In this document: positions 1-12,579 of the stretch, in pieces | Numbering within the stretch: position 1 is the first letter of the stretch | How the letters are laid out: every line of letters starts with the position of its first letter | Assembly: GCF_001194135.2 (NCBI RefSeq) | Contig: NC_068987.1 | Coordinates: forward strand, 108,331,552-108,395,551 | DNA length: 64,000 nt | Origin: Octopus bimaculoides | Taxonomy: Eukaryota | Direction of reading: 5' to 3' | Notes under the pieces: generated by a model | Databases searched by the model: none | What the model was told of the DNA's origin: nothing | Seen by the model: only the letters and a program-made list of their open reading frames with translations | Program-made: the position numbers and the translations under genes

Positions 1-494
1 CGGTAAACATATTCTTTCACGGTAATACACTAAAACAATCAGAATAAACCACATACAATAATCAAATACATTAATCTTTCTTTTTTTTCTTTTCTTTTTT
101 GTTGTTGCTTTGTTTGATAGTGTGGCTCGATTTAACATGTGCAATGTGTGATGTGGTCTGCGGTTTTACAAAGGATGCCCATGCCAGCCGTAGATAAACT
201 GATAAAACTAGCTGTCACTTGAATTATTATTTGTATATCCCTGAATACAATTTCACAGCTGGTCTTTCACCTAAGAATAGGAGTCGTTAAGTTAACTTAC
301 GCTATGATCGAAAAGAATTAAAAATCATTAAACTGGAAAACTTTCGAATATTAAAATGTTCCAAGTGGCCTGTTCACATTGATGAAGTTGAATGAAAGAA
401 AGAGCAAAACAAAAAACAATGCATGAATAAATGCAAACAAACAAAAAGGAAAAATAGATACACGACATGATCTGTTATAATAGCACGAAGAGAC

Positions 495-876
495 TGGCAC
501 TCCGTCGTTCACGACGTCGAGGGTTCCAGTTGATCCGATCAACGGAACAGCCTGCTCGTGAAATTAACGTGCAAGTGGCTGAGCACTCCACAGACACGTT
601 TACCATTAATATAGTTCTCGGGGATATTAAGCGTGACACAGTGTGACAAGGCTGACCCTTTGAATTACAGGCACAACAGAAACAGGAAGTAAGAGTGAGA
701 GAAAGTTGTGGTGGAAGAGTACAGCAGGGTTCGCCACCATCCCCTGCCAGAGCCTCGTGGAGCTTTAGGTGTTTTCGCTCAATAAAAACTCATAACGCCC
801 GGTCTGGGGATCGAAACCACGATCCTATGACCGCGAGTCCGCTGCTCTAACCACTGGGCCATTGCGCCTCCACTTG
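495..876 (-). mobile_element. tRNA-derived SINE, family A, full length
   Basis: The minus strand begins with a tRNA-like head (GGAGGCGCAATGGCCCAGTGGTTAGAGCAGCGGACTC...GGTTTCGATCCCC, pol III A and B boxes). It is near-identical to 40969-41360. A 10-bp target-site duplication AGCACGAAGA lies at 482-491 and 877-886. Confidence 0.9.
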
Positions 877-1544
877 AGCACGAAGAAGTGAGTATGAAAA
901 TAGGGACGTTACATTTGTTTTTAACACTGTTTTGTTTAATTAAACAGAGCAGGCATTCATTGCGGGAAACCGAGTTTTATCATTTTATCTATATCTGGCA
1001 CGGACATCCTTTGTAAAACCGTAGACCGCATAAATTCTGTACCTGACCAAGAAGCTTGCTTGAAACAACAGCTAAATTACTTTCAATGTATATTCAGTAA
1101 GGGACTCTAATATGACCGTTTGAACTGCTGCCAAGGAAATGCAGCTCAACCTCACTGACATTACAGGCTGGCATTTAAAAACTGAAAGGATTGTGTGAAC
1201 AATATAGCGAGAGGCCTAGAATCTGCGAATAAGATGGCTGGGAAGGTTTTATGAGAGATTATGTTGGCCAGAGCTTAAAAGGGGTAAAAGAGGGTAAGGT
1301 TCCATAAACAAAATTATTATATTTGTTAACGTCATATTTTTACGTGCTATTATTTATAGCTTCAAGTGCTTCAAGATCCACTATTCAAAAAAAAAAATAG
1401 AAAAGAAAACAAGAAATACATTTGTTTGTAGAAGTGAAGCTAATGATCTTAGTATGCAAACATCTTGTTATATTGTCATACGACAAAACAAAAATAAATG
1501 AACACGCAAACTACTACTACTACCATTACTTCTACTAGTACCAT

Positions 1545-1575
<31 letters not shown>

Positions 1576-1585
1576 NNNNNNNNNN

Positions 1586-1616
<31 letters not shown>

Positions 1617-1783
1617 ATAACAATAACAATAATAATAATAATACATTATAGTTCATTCGACTGAAGCACTCTTTCCATATTTTCAAATAGAATTCATGGT
1701 TGAGTATTAATCTAGGATCATTAGACTCAAATAATCAAACGCTACCTGCCAGCGTTTTAAGTTTCCCAGTAAACACACACACA

Positions 1784-1852
<69 letters not shown>

Positions 1853-2586
1853 CTCTATCTATCTCTCTCTCTCTCACTCACTCACTCTCTTCCTCCTATC
1901 TNNNNNNNNNNCAAATATCAAACACGTGCGTACAGAAATAGGCGTATGCAAAACCACCCACTCGTGTATGCGAGTGCGTGCGTGCGTGCGAGTGCGTGCG
2001 TGCGTGCGAGTGCGTGCGTGCAAGTGCGTGCGTGCGTGCGAGTGAGTAAACGAAGATGCCAAAGCTGCCATGTTATTTATATAACTATGAATATTGCAAT
2101 CAGTTAAAATATGTTTTTCTAAACCTGCTTTTAGTAATTTACTATTTAATATACATGCACTTAGTGATTGAATGCATAATAATAACAGATTTGGTGATTT
2201 AGAGTTAAAAGATGCACATTAAATGACTTCATCGACGATTATATACTCACAGTGAGATTAAATGAGTAAGTTATATTTTATGTGGTTTCTGTATACATAT
2301 TTACTTAAATGACGTTGTACTTTTGCGTCGCTTAATAAATTCCCGATTGTTAACATTCCATCTGCTAAATTAACTTCATATCACCATTAATAGTTTATGC
2401 TTTTAGTATGGAGATTTGTGCTTTCGAATTTCTATTACTGAGTGTTTGATAAATGAATCTGATGAGTTCTGTTAAATGCGAAACAAATATCAACCATTTC
2501 TTTACTCGGAGACTTTTTGTTATGGGTTGAGACTATACTCTCACAGACAAGTGTATGTCTAGCTAAGTTTTATTTTATTGGAATGT

Positions 2587-2830
2587 AAGGCGGTGAGCTA
2601 ACAGAATCGTTAGCAAGCCGGACGAAATGCTTAGCGGTATTTCGTCAGCCGATTCGTTCTTAGTTCAAATTCTGCTGAGGTCAACTTTGCCTTTCATTCT
2701 TTCGGGGTCGACGAAACACTGGGACTGTTTAGGGGTCGATAAATTAAGCACCAGGGAAACACTGGGGTCGATGTAATTGACTCATCTCCTCCCCCATTAT
2801 TGCTACCCTTGTGGGAAAATTTGCAACCTT
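2587..2830 (+). mobile_element. tRNA-related SINE, family C monomer
   Basis: AGGCGGTGAGCT..CAGAATCGTTAGC..GCCGG.CGAAATGCTTAGCGGTATTTCGTC...TTCAAATTC...GGGGTCGAT. More than 15 homologues occur in the window. Confidence 0.8.
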
Positions 2831-3269
2831 TATTGTATAGGATTTTCAGGCATACAAGCATATGTACCATCACGTAAACGCATATATGCAGGGTAATGGA
2901 CTCTGTGGAGCGGAGGAACTGTTAGCTTATCGAACAATATGGCTTGTTGTATTTGTTCAAACTCTTGATATCCTGGAAGCAACGCTCTCAACGATACTGG
3001 ATACTTGCTATTCCTTATATCCTCATCGGTGTTCCAGAGTATGGACATTTACATGCACATTCAACTGCATTTGTGTGTGCGTGTCTGAGTTTGCATGTGG
3101 AAAACGCACATGATCTTGTGATTATGTTTGTGCCGATTTTCATTTTTTAAATTCCAAGTCAGCGCCAATTTTTAAATAAACTTCACACGTCACTCTGTAT
3201 TAAGACACATCATCAGCAAACGCTCCGTTTTAATTCTTAAACGTACTTTAAAACAATCAGTTCTACTAA

Positions 3270-3450
3270 AGGTATAAGGCCCAGAATTTGGTGGGTGGAG
3301 AGGCTCTACTGGTACCTATTTCACCGACCACAGTGCTCCACTGCTAATTATTTCATCGACCCCAAACGGAGCAAATACAAAGCTGATCTCATCTATGTTT
3401 CAACTCAGAACGTAAAGCCAGCGCTGATGCAATAGTGTCAGCTCGCCGTG
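3270..3450 (-). mobile_element. SINE family C, diverged
   Basis: AAGGCCCAGAATTTGG...TCATCGACCCCAAACGG...CAACTCAGAACGTAAAG...GTCAGCTCGCCG. Confidence 0.6.
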
Positions 3451-4364
3451 TTAACTTTAAATTAATAACTTTAATTTAACACGTGTAGGCATCAGTTGTG
3501 CTCGAATAAGTAAGCCTAACTTTTATGACAAAGGGGTGACTGATACCACCACCGATGGCATTTACCGCGCAGAAACAACGAAAGGATCATCTATTCCTCT
3601 GGTTTGCTTTCTGAGAAATTATTTACTATACAAGCTGCATCCATAGAATATATTACTAAATATGTATTTATAAAACATATTGTATATGATATTCATATAC
3701 ATATTTAAACAACCTTCTTTTGGTGTTTGTCTAACTCAAGTCACAGCCGCCAATCATACTCTTCGAAAATCGCTAGATGCAAGTAAAGGTTTACAGTTTT
3801 CATACGTTTTATTCTTCATAATTCCGTAGCTGAGAGGCGTGGTAAGAGATCCTCATTAATATAAATAACTACAATATAACTTCATATCTTTTCTGAGACT
3901 TTTCTAAGTTTTAAGTCACATTGAGATTAAATGCCCGTTTATCAAAAATTAATTATTAGCAAAAAAAGCAGTTTTTGTACCAAAAGGCAATCTTTATGGG
4001 GAGTGGAGCATAAATAATATTTACTGCATCAGAAAAGTCATAAATGCTTGCAAATGTTGAGTACCATACGAAAATGTTAGTAGCTAAGCAAATAGCCTTC
4101 TTCAAAGGCATCAAAAACTCTATAACAGTGTTTATAATGCTATTTCAGGAAATTATCTCCGTTCTCATTAAGTATACAAAAGACAAATTTATATACACCC
4201 AGGCCTATTCCCCATTTTCTTAGGAGTGGGAAGCCACAACAAGACACAAACCAGGCATTCCCTTTATTTCCCATCTCAAAGAGGTGAGCCCCGTTATATG
4301 CTCGAGTCAAAGCATAGAACGCAACCCCCGCCGCATCATGCTGGTTCCGTATCGCTTTGAGGAA

Positions 4365-4705
4365 CATCATAACACATTTGTCCGTCCACAAACACTCTCC
4401 AATCTTTCCTATCATTTATGAACTCTCTTGCCTCTCTCACTCGAACACCTCTAACAACCAAACTTTACTAACTCCATCCATCTACACAAACCGAGGTCTT
4501 CCTCTGGTTCTGCTGCCTACCACTTCTGCCTTCATTACCCTCCTCATCCATCTTCTCCATGTGGCCAAACCACCACAACATTTGTCTATCCATTTTTGTT
4601 GTTAGATTTTCTCTCATTCTTACTCACCTTCGCTCCTCCTTATTCCTCATCCTGTCCACCCGTGTCACACGAACTTCAGACATCTCATCTCAAACACAAC
4701 TAGTA
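4365..4705 (-). mobile_element. RTE-clade LINE, 3' end of RT ORF, decayed
   Basis: The minus strand gives LVVFEMRCL, VTRVDRMRN, MLWWFGHMEKMDEE, VMKAEVVGSRTRGRPRF and AREFINDRKDWRVFV, the canonical RTE C-terminal motif series. Confidence 0.75.
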
Positions 4706-4885
4706 CCATGTAGTTGAACAAGAGAAATTAGTCATTACTTATTTTGTCCACTTTAAACGTTTCTTGATCATTTCTGTTTTTGTTCTGAAAATTGAAAAGT
4801 TTCTAATTGGACATTACTGTTGGGGAGAAATTGCCTTGGAATGCAACAGAGAAAAGAATCTTCATTCTTAAGTATCACAACATAT

Positions 4886-5279
4886 ACTCTTTTTACTCTT
4901 ACTCTTTTACTTGTTTCAGTCATTTGACTGCGGCCATGCTGGAGCACCGCCTTTTGTCGAACAAATCGACCCCAGGACTTATTTTTGTAAGCCTAGTACT
5001 TATTCTATCGGTTCCTTTGGCCGAACCGCTAAGTTACGGGGACGTAAACATACCACCATCGGTTGTCAAGCCGATGCTGGGGGGACAAACACAGACACAG
5101 ACTCATATATATATACGACAAGTTTCTTTCAGTTTCCGTCTACCAAATCCACTCAGAAGGCGTTGGTCGGCCCGAGGCTATAGTAGAAGACATTTGCCCA
5201 AAGTGCCACGCAGTGGGACTGAACCCGGAACCATGTGGTTGGTAAGCAAGCTACTTACCACACAGCCACTCCTGCGCCT
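4886..5279 (-). mobile_element. tRNA-derived SINE, family B (internal CA/TA microsatellite)
   Basis: Minus-strand head AGGCGCAGGAGTGGCTGTGTGGTAAG...GGTTCCGGGTTCAGTCCC, a conserved body, an internal microsatellite and a (TACTCTTT)n tail. At least 10 homologues occur in the window. Confidence 0.9.
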
Positions 5280-6169
5280 ATTATCCAGATATTTTATGAC
5301 GTACATCAATTACAATCGGGTCAAAGTTGAGGAAAAATTTCTTGAAAAATGTGCCTGTCACCTGACTATGTTTGAAACTCTCAACTTCAACAACAGCTAT
5401 GCTGACCACCTTTTACTCTCAAAGATGGTGCATCAGTAAAAAATTATAATGTGATATTTTCAATGCAATAATTTCAAACGGATAAGAAAATAATGACAAA
5501 TAAAAAATTACTGGTTTTGCCCCACTTAATGATTTTGCTTCACTCCACCCCATCCAACTTAACACTGGTACCTTGTTAGAGCATCAAATACTGCATTGTT
5601 AGCCTCAGGTGATCCTCTGGCATAGGTGCATCGTGCATAAAACTACACCAACATCGTATCCGATGAGAACCATCTGTTATGCGAGCCGGAAATACCATAC
5701 AAAACGATTCTTATTTGCAATGATCTGTATGTGTGCTTTCATACATGAATCTTCTATGAAAAAGGTTCTCTCGCGGCTGATAAAGCAGTATTCAGTATTT
5801 TATTCAATATATTTGTAATATTGTTCTGCTTATACATAGCTAAAAATATTTAAAATGTTATATTTGTCATTACAACTGCTGCTGAATTCTTTTAAACCAG
5901 AATCAACTGATAAAGACTTAATTATAATAAAATTATTCCAGAGATGGATATTATATCTTATTTCCAGTATCAGAATACTACGAAACCTATACTCAATTTC
6001 CATCCATTTGAAAAATAGTACGGTATAAATTGTACGTGATTTGGTAGTCATTTCTAGCAAGACGAACGACAACGTGGCCATCGGGTCTTTGGTTTCGTAT
6101 TATCTGATATTGTTTCTAATTTTCCTTTTGTATTCTTTCGTTTGCTAATGGACTTTTTTTTTCATTCAG

Positions 6170-6222
6170 CCCCATGAATGTAAACAGTTCAACTGGAACA
6201 TTATAGTATTCAATTTTTCCAG
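6170..6222 (+). other. Putative 53-nt exon of an unidentified transcript
   Basis: It is preceded by a CTAAT branch-like motif, a pyrimidine tract and CAG, and followed by AG|GTGAGT. One frame is open (PHECKQFNWNIIVFNFS) but I recognise no homology. Confidence 0.3.
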
Positions 6223-6624
6223 GTGAGTGCATTTTAATTTTTTTTTTTTTTATAATCATAGCCTAGATTAACTGAGTGAATCCTGTTGTTTGGTGGAAGA
6301 CCAGCAATGAACTTGTTGAATGAAATGTCAACAGAAGTTCAAGTAACTAAGATTTTTTTTTTCCCTTTCATTGTTTCATTATTTACATCACACACACGCT
6401 CGCAGGCGCGCACACACGCGCGCACGCGCGCTCACACGGACGTACACGTATAATATACTTACATGCATATATATACTTCTTCATCTTGTACAAATACACA
6501 CCACTAACCACTTTAAGCCACTTCTCTTGTTTTGTGTGAGTGTGTGTGTCTATGTGTGCGTGTGTATGTGTGTGTATGTGTGTGTGCGTATGTGTGTGTT
6601 TATGTATTTGTGTTAATTTTTTTT

Positions 6625-6822
6625 ATGTCTGCGTTAGTCTCCCACCACTGCTTGACAACCGGTGTTAGGGAATTTCTCTTCGCGTAAGCTAGCGGTTCGG
6701 CAACAGAGACCGATAGAATAAGCACAAAGCTTCAAAACAAAATAAGTACTGGGTCGATACGACTAAACTTCCTCAAGACGGTGCCACAGCATGGCCGCAG
6801 TCTGATGAGTGAAACAAGATAA
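6625..6822 (+). mobile_element. SINE family B, 3' half, diverged
   Basis: Matches the family B 3' body (CTTGACAACC...GCGGTTCGGCAA...CCGATAGAATAAG...CAGCATGGCCGCAGTC). Confidence 0.7.
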
Positions 6823-6896
6823 AATATATATATATATATATTATTATTATTTGTATCAGTATATATATATATATACATATGCGTGCGTGTGTGTGC

Positions 6897-6934
<38 letters not shown>

Positions 6935-7436
6935 ACGTCACACACTAATGACGGTACTCCAGCATGGCTACAGTCATTGGACTGAAACANNNNNNNNNNA
7001 TATATATATATATATATAAACATATGTGTGTATGTGTGTGTGTGTGTTAGTGTGTGTGTGTATGTGTGTGTGTGTGTGTGTGTGTGTATTGTATTTAATA
7101 ATTACTATAAATCTTCCACTGAGGAGGGAGCCGGTTTCCAACAAAGATACAAGGCTACATCTGTCGGATGTACCGTCATAGAGGTCAACTGCACTGCAGA
7201 TATAATCATCGCTTTGGTAATCAAAGAAATAGAGGATATCTATGGAAAACTGGTATGTATGTATGTATGTATGTATGTATGTATGTATGTATGTATGTAT
7301 GTATGTGTGTATGTCTGCATCATCTATGTATATCTACATCTCTCTCTACCATTCTCTCTCTCTCTATCTTTCTTTCTGTATATATATATATATATAACGT
7401 TGAGCATTAACGTGGACATTCAATGTGCTAGAATGC

Positions 7437-7649
7437 GCCCAGATTTGGAGCACTGCCTATCGACGAAAGAATCGAACCCTGGACTTATTCTTTGTAAGCC
7501 TATTACTTATTCTAACGATATATTTTCCGAACTGCTAAGTAACGGGGACATAAACACCCCAACATCGGTTATCAAGCGATGGTGGTGGGGGACAAACACT
7601 GATACACAAACATATACATACATATATTTGTATATATATATATATATAT
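7437..7649 (-). mobile_element. SINE family B, 3' half, running into a gap
   Basis: GGAGCACTGCC...GACTTATTCTTTGTAAGCC...GGGACAAACAC followed by a TA microsatellite. Confidence 0.75.
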
Positions 7650-7935
7650 NNNNNNNNNNNNNNNNNNNNNNNNNNNNNNNNNNNNNNNNNNNNNNNNNNN
7701 NNNNNNNNNNNNNNNNNNNNNNNNNNNNNNNNNNNNNNNNNNNNNNNNNNNNNNNNNNNNNNNNNNNNNNNNNNNNNNNNNNNNNNNNNNNNNNNNNNNN
7801 NNNNNNNNNNNNNNNNNNNNNNNNNNNNNNNNNNNNNNNNNNNNNNNNNNNNNNNNNNNNNNNNNNNNNNNNNNNNNNNNNNNNNNNNNNNNNNNNNNNN
7901 NNNNNNNNNNNNNNNNNNNNNNNNNNNNNNNNNNN

Positions 7936-8566
7936 GGGAGGGCTGCAATCAGAAAACCACTACTTGCAAAAATTAACGTTGCAAAGCGTTTAGAGTGGAG
8001 TAAAAACCTGCAGAATCGGTCCATAGATCAGTGGAAGAATGGAGGAGGATCTGTGATGATCTGGTGGTGGGGTCTATATCTTGGATATCCGCCGGTCCAA
8101 TTGTTTCCCTTCATGACAGAATTAACAGTATGTTTAAGCATTTTATCTGATCAAATTCATCCTATGGTTGCGGAACTGTTTCCGGAGGGAAACGCAATCT
8201 TTCAGGATGATAATGCACCAATTCACACAGCTAAAATTGTTACTGAATGGCACGAGGAACTTTCTAGTGAAGTTGAACATCATATCTGGCCACCTCAGTC
8301 CCCAGATCTCAATATTATTGAACATTTTTGGTGCAATTTGGTAAAACAAGTGAGGAGTCGATATCCTCGATCATCATCACTACAAGAACGGGAGACTGTT
8401 TTAGCTGAGGAATGGACAAAAATTCCTTTGGAAACAATTCAAATGTTGTACGAGTCCATTACTCATAGAATTCAAGCTTTAATTGCTGCCAAAGGCGATT
8501 CAACACCTTATTCAAAGAAATTTGTTTGAAATTTTAAGATGTTTCCATTATTTTGTCCAACCCCTG
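7936..8566 (+). mobile_element. Tc1-like DNA transposon remnant (internally deleted transposase, DD36E spacing) with right TIR
   Basis: Translates to RAAIRKPLLAKINVAKRLEW, GGGSVMIW, FQDDNAPIHTA and WPPQSPDLNIIEHFW. It ends in TTTTGTCCAACCCCTG followed by TA (TIR end plus TA target). The first catalytic D region is deleted and frameshifts are present. Confidence 0.9.
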
Positions 8567-8574
8567 TATGTATA

Positions 8575-8655
8575 TATACGCCGGACTTCTTTCAGTTTCC
8601 GTCAAGCAAATCTACTGACAAGGTTCTGGTCGGCCCGAGGTTTTTGCAGAAGACT
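8575..8655 (-). mobile_element. SINE family B fragment interrupted by the Tc1-like element
   Basis: CTTCTTTCAGTTTCCGTC...GGTCGGCCCGAGG directly follows the Tc1 right end. It is probably the other half of the 7437-7649 copy. Confidence 0.65.
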
Positions 8656-10364
8656 CTTGTATACCAATTCCGTCACTTTCAGAATAAGTGTGGCGCTGTG
8701 TGACACGGCTGGAATGTTAAATTACAGGCTGAATTCATTCCGAGAAAGCTTATAGTTTCTGCCCCATGAGTTCCAATTATAATGTGTGAGTCCATCCCGA
8801 ATTTTAGAAACCGATAGTAAATCTGACCTCATGCTTGCGGCCAAAAGAATATATAAACCGTACGCATGCACCTAAACACACACATATGCACACGCATTTT
8901 TTATTGATTTGTGTAACTCCGGGTTAGCCTCTGATCCAGTAACCATAGCACGCAACTAATAAAATGAACGACTAGAAGTGTCCCACACAATCAGTTATTC
9001 CCGATATATCAAATCAGAACTCTTGTTTCTATGAAAGAAACTCATAAAGTTCGATCTCTTTTCAGATCTTTTCCCAATTTTCAGATCATTTTTTTTGCAA
9101 CTTCCAACGTTTTCAGAATTTTTCTTTCAGAATATATTCAAGTCTGCGCGTTCAGTACGGCCGAATGGTTAAGAGTTTCCTTTCGCAACCACGAGGCCTC
9201 GCGTTCGATCCCACAGCAAGACAGGTTGGATGAACGTCATTTTTATAGCAATTATCGGCGCATACTTTCTAAATGTAATTCAGAAGACGGAAATTGAATA
9301 TAAACCCGCTGGGAGGATTGTAATTATAATTCAAAAGGCATAGTCTTGCGTGCACCCTCAATCTAAATCTAGCTGAGAATCACGTTAAAGATACACGTGT
9401 CTGAGAAATACTCAGCCATTTCGTTAATGCAGGAGGAAGTAATTAATTTCATCGAACAAATGAATCCCCATCGGCGAACAATTGATATCTACCCATATTC
9501 ATTATTACTTCGTCCATTGTGTTCATCCATTTTTAAGACACTAGGGTAAATTTGAAGATGTGGCTGTTAACTCTAGCAATAAAGCGACCGCACGAATATC
9601 GTTATTCCTCCATTTTTTTCTTTTCTTTTTTCATGTATTAGACAGCTTAGCACAGATACTTCCAGCAAGGAAGAAATGCTTATCCAATATTCTAAATAGC
9701 CGAAACATCTAAGACCACTGTGCTTTAGGATATACCCGTTTACTTTGACAAATACATAAAACTGGACATTATCACGAAAGACTAGCTTAGAGACGGTAAG
9801 TTTAACATGACATACAGAGAAAGAGACAGAGAGATAGAGAGAGAGAGAGAGAGGAATAGAAGAAAGTGATTGAGAGATGAAAATAAGTAAGGAGAAAAAC
9901 TAAGAAAAAAATTGAAAGATAGTCTATAAAAATAACAAACAAAAAAGGTACCGAAATAATTTAGTGCTCAAGGGGGCCCTGCGTTTAAAGCAACGGAAAG
10001 ATATTTCGAGATTAAATACCTAATTCTTAGATAGGAATTGCCAAAACGATTTCTCAGTCAAGATAAGCATTCTGGGATCAATAAAAAGAAATGACACTCG
10101 GTAGTTATAGTCAGATAACGACATTTGATTATAAGAAAAACTTGGTTAGTTTATAAAACCAAATTTAAGGGACGTTTCTAAAAGTAACAGAATACGCGAG
10201 ATACAGAAAAAGACATGGAAGTAGTGAGTGGGTTATTATCGTTAATGTTGCTGATTTTCTTGTTATTTTGTCCGAAGTTAGCCATGACAGAGCAGATCTG
10301 TGATCAAAGTTAATCTAGCAATGATTATTCCGTCTTTTTCGTATTTTCCCTTTCATAACATATA

Positions 10365-10735
10365 GACGCAGGCTTGGGTGTGTGGTTACGTTCGCTTTGC
10401 AACAACAGGGTTTGGGGTTCATTTTGAGAATTGTTACCCACTACAACTCTATGACTATTTGAGTAAATAGTCTATGACTTTTGAGTAAATTTGGTTAACG
10501 AAAACTGTGTGGAAGCCTGTGTGTGTCTTTGTACCTTTGTTTTTCTCTCACCCAAAACCTTTTGACAACTGGTGATGGTTTGTTTCCACCCCGTTAACTT
10601 AGTGGAACTGACAAAAGAAAATGGTATGGTAAGTATCGTATCTTAACAAAAAAATCATAAGTACTGGGGTCGATTTGCTCGACTAAAACAATTCAGGCGA
10701 TGCTCCAGCATGGCTACAGTCCAATAAATGAAATA
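10365..10735 (+). mobile_element. SINE family B, old diverged copy
   Basis: Degenerate head (GCAGGCTTGGGTGTGTGGTTA...GGGTTCA) and tail (GGCGATGCTCCAGCATGGCTACAGTC). Confidence 0.6.
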
Positions 10736-10760
10736 ATTCAAAGATACATACATATATATT

Positions 10761-10795
<35 letters not shown>

Positions 10796-10974
10796 ATATA
10801 TATATCGTGTGTTTAGATCTACATTATTCATTCTGAATAACTTTTAAGAAGTTACCGTGTGGTTTGTAGCAAATTTCGCTGATATTTCTAGCAGGTCGAG
10901 CAACGATTTAATGACTTCACACATGGGTTCTCATTCCATCATTGTTCAGGAGTTTTCAAACGTTTTTATACACA

Positions 10975-11185
10975 TTTCTACTCTAGGCACAAGGCCCGAA
11001 ATTTGGGGGGAGGGAGCCAATCGATTAGATCGACCCCAGTACGCAACTGGTCCTTAATTCATTGACCCCGAAATGATGAAAGACAGAATCGACCTCGGCA
11101 GAATTTGAACTCAGAATGTAAAGATAGACGGAATACCGCTAAGCATTTCGCCCGGCGTGCAAACTTTTCTGCCAGCTCACCGCCT
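10975..11185 (-). mobile_element. SINE family C monomer
   Basis: CTACTCTAGGCACAAGGCCCGAAATTTGG...GAATTTGAACTCAGAA...GCCAGCTCACCGCCT. Confidence 0.85.
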
Positions 11186-11620
11186 TTTCAAACGTTCTAA
11201 TATATATCCGTTGTAGTTGGCATAAGTGCCATAAGCCCTGATTCAATGTTTATCAAGTAGGGCTACAACTCAATGACATTGTTGATATGCCTATGTCATC
11301 TTTTAATTCGGCCATTGTGGGACAAAAACTATATAATTCTGTTACTCCTTTTATTCGTTACCGGAAAACTTTGTAATTTGAGGGAGATTTAGCTGTCATT
11401 TCTAACCAAACAAATTATTTGCTTGTGCGCACAACAGCTTAACAGTGAGTGCCAAGATCAAATCATTTTTATATAGATTACAAATGAAAATAGAAATGAT
11501 CTCTCTCTCAGTCCATTTACACACACACAAACACACGTACGTGCGCACACATTTATATATATATATCTGCATACATACATATATATATATACATATACGT
11601 ATATACGTATATACATATAC

Positions 11621-11780
11621 GTGTACTCTCGATATGTCGATGATATCAACTTAGTGGTAAAGACACCCCCACAAGAGAGTACCCCTGAAATAGAAATAGA
11701 AACTAAGACTATGGAGAGCATCCAGCAAATAGCTAACTCCATCCACCAGAGTATTAGAGTTACGATAGACTACCCTACTA
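11621..11780 (+). mobile_element. Penelope-like element reverse transcriptase fragment
   Basis: YSRYVDDINLVV...KTMESIQQIANSIHQSIRVTIDYP contains the catalytic YVDD followed by the PLE-type N-x-x-H-x-x-I-x-x-T motif. The fragment is truncated by a gap. Confidence 0.7.
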
Positions 11781-12579
11781 NNNNNNNNNNTATATATATA
11801 TATCTGCATACATACATATATATATATACATGGATATATGTATGTATAGATAGATAAATAGACAAATATAGTTGATAGATACACACAGAGAGAGCCAGAA
11901 GGGTAAGTATAGATAAATAGAGATATCTAAATATATGGACATATATGTAAATGGATTCTATATGTGTCTATGTGGATTAACATCACTCACATAGTGTTGG
12001 TTAAGTGATGTGTGTGTGTGTGTGTGTGTGCGTTTTTGTGTGTGTGTGTGTGTGTGCCTGCGTTTGTGTGTGTATGTCTGTGTTTTCTGCGTTAAATGGA
12101 CAAGCGGTGACGAGTGAAAATTCTATCAATAATAGCAATACTTATAAGCTTAAAGCCTATAAGTGATCACCCTGTACTAGCTAAAGAAAATAGTCTCATA
12201 TTGAGGTATACAAGCCCTCGATGGAAATAAATGTGGTTATTCCTTTTAGGGATCATGTGCCCCAATGTAAGACTATTTTCTTTAGCAAATACTCGGTGAT
12301 CGTTTATAGGCTTTATGCTTATAATTATTGTTAATAAATATATGTATATGTTTCTTTTCAATTTGTTTACGGGAAACGTTTTCAATATACAAATAAAGTT
12401 CCTTTAATATTATGCTGGCTACAGTCTAATGATGCTGACTGGTGAACAAGTTTTGGAGGTTGCATCAAACTGTACCGATATAATGTAGAATGAATATAAT
12501 TATAATAACAATTTATTAATACTTTATGCATCACTACGCGCGTTTCTACAAGTAACGTATGTCTTAGAATCACAGTCCG

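Noticed and set aside
810-871. tRNA-like sequences (also 41290-41356 and 45950-46023)
   Set aside because: They are SINE heads continuous with SINE bodies and TSDs, not functional tRNA genes.
7090-7255. Complex island between microsatellites, open in two frames and ending at GTATGT
   Set aside because: The donor-like site is simply the start of a (TATG)n tract. There is no acceptor and no recognisable homology.
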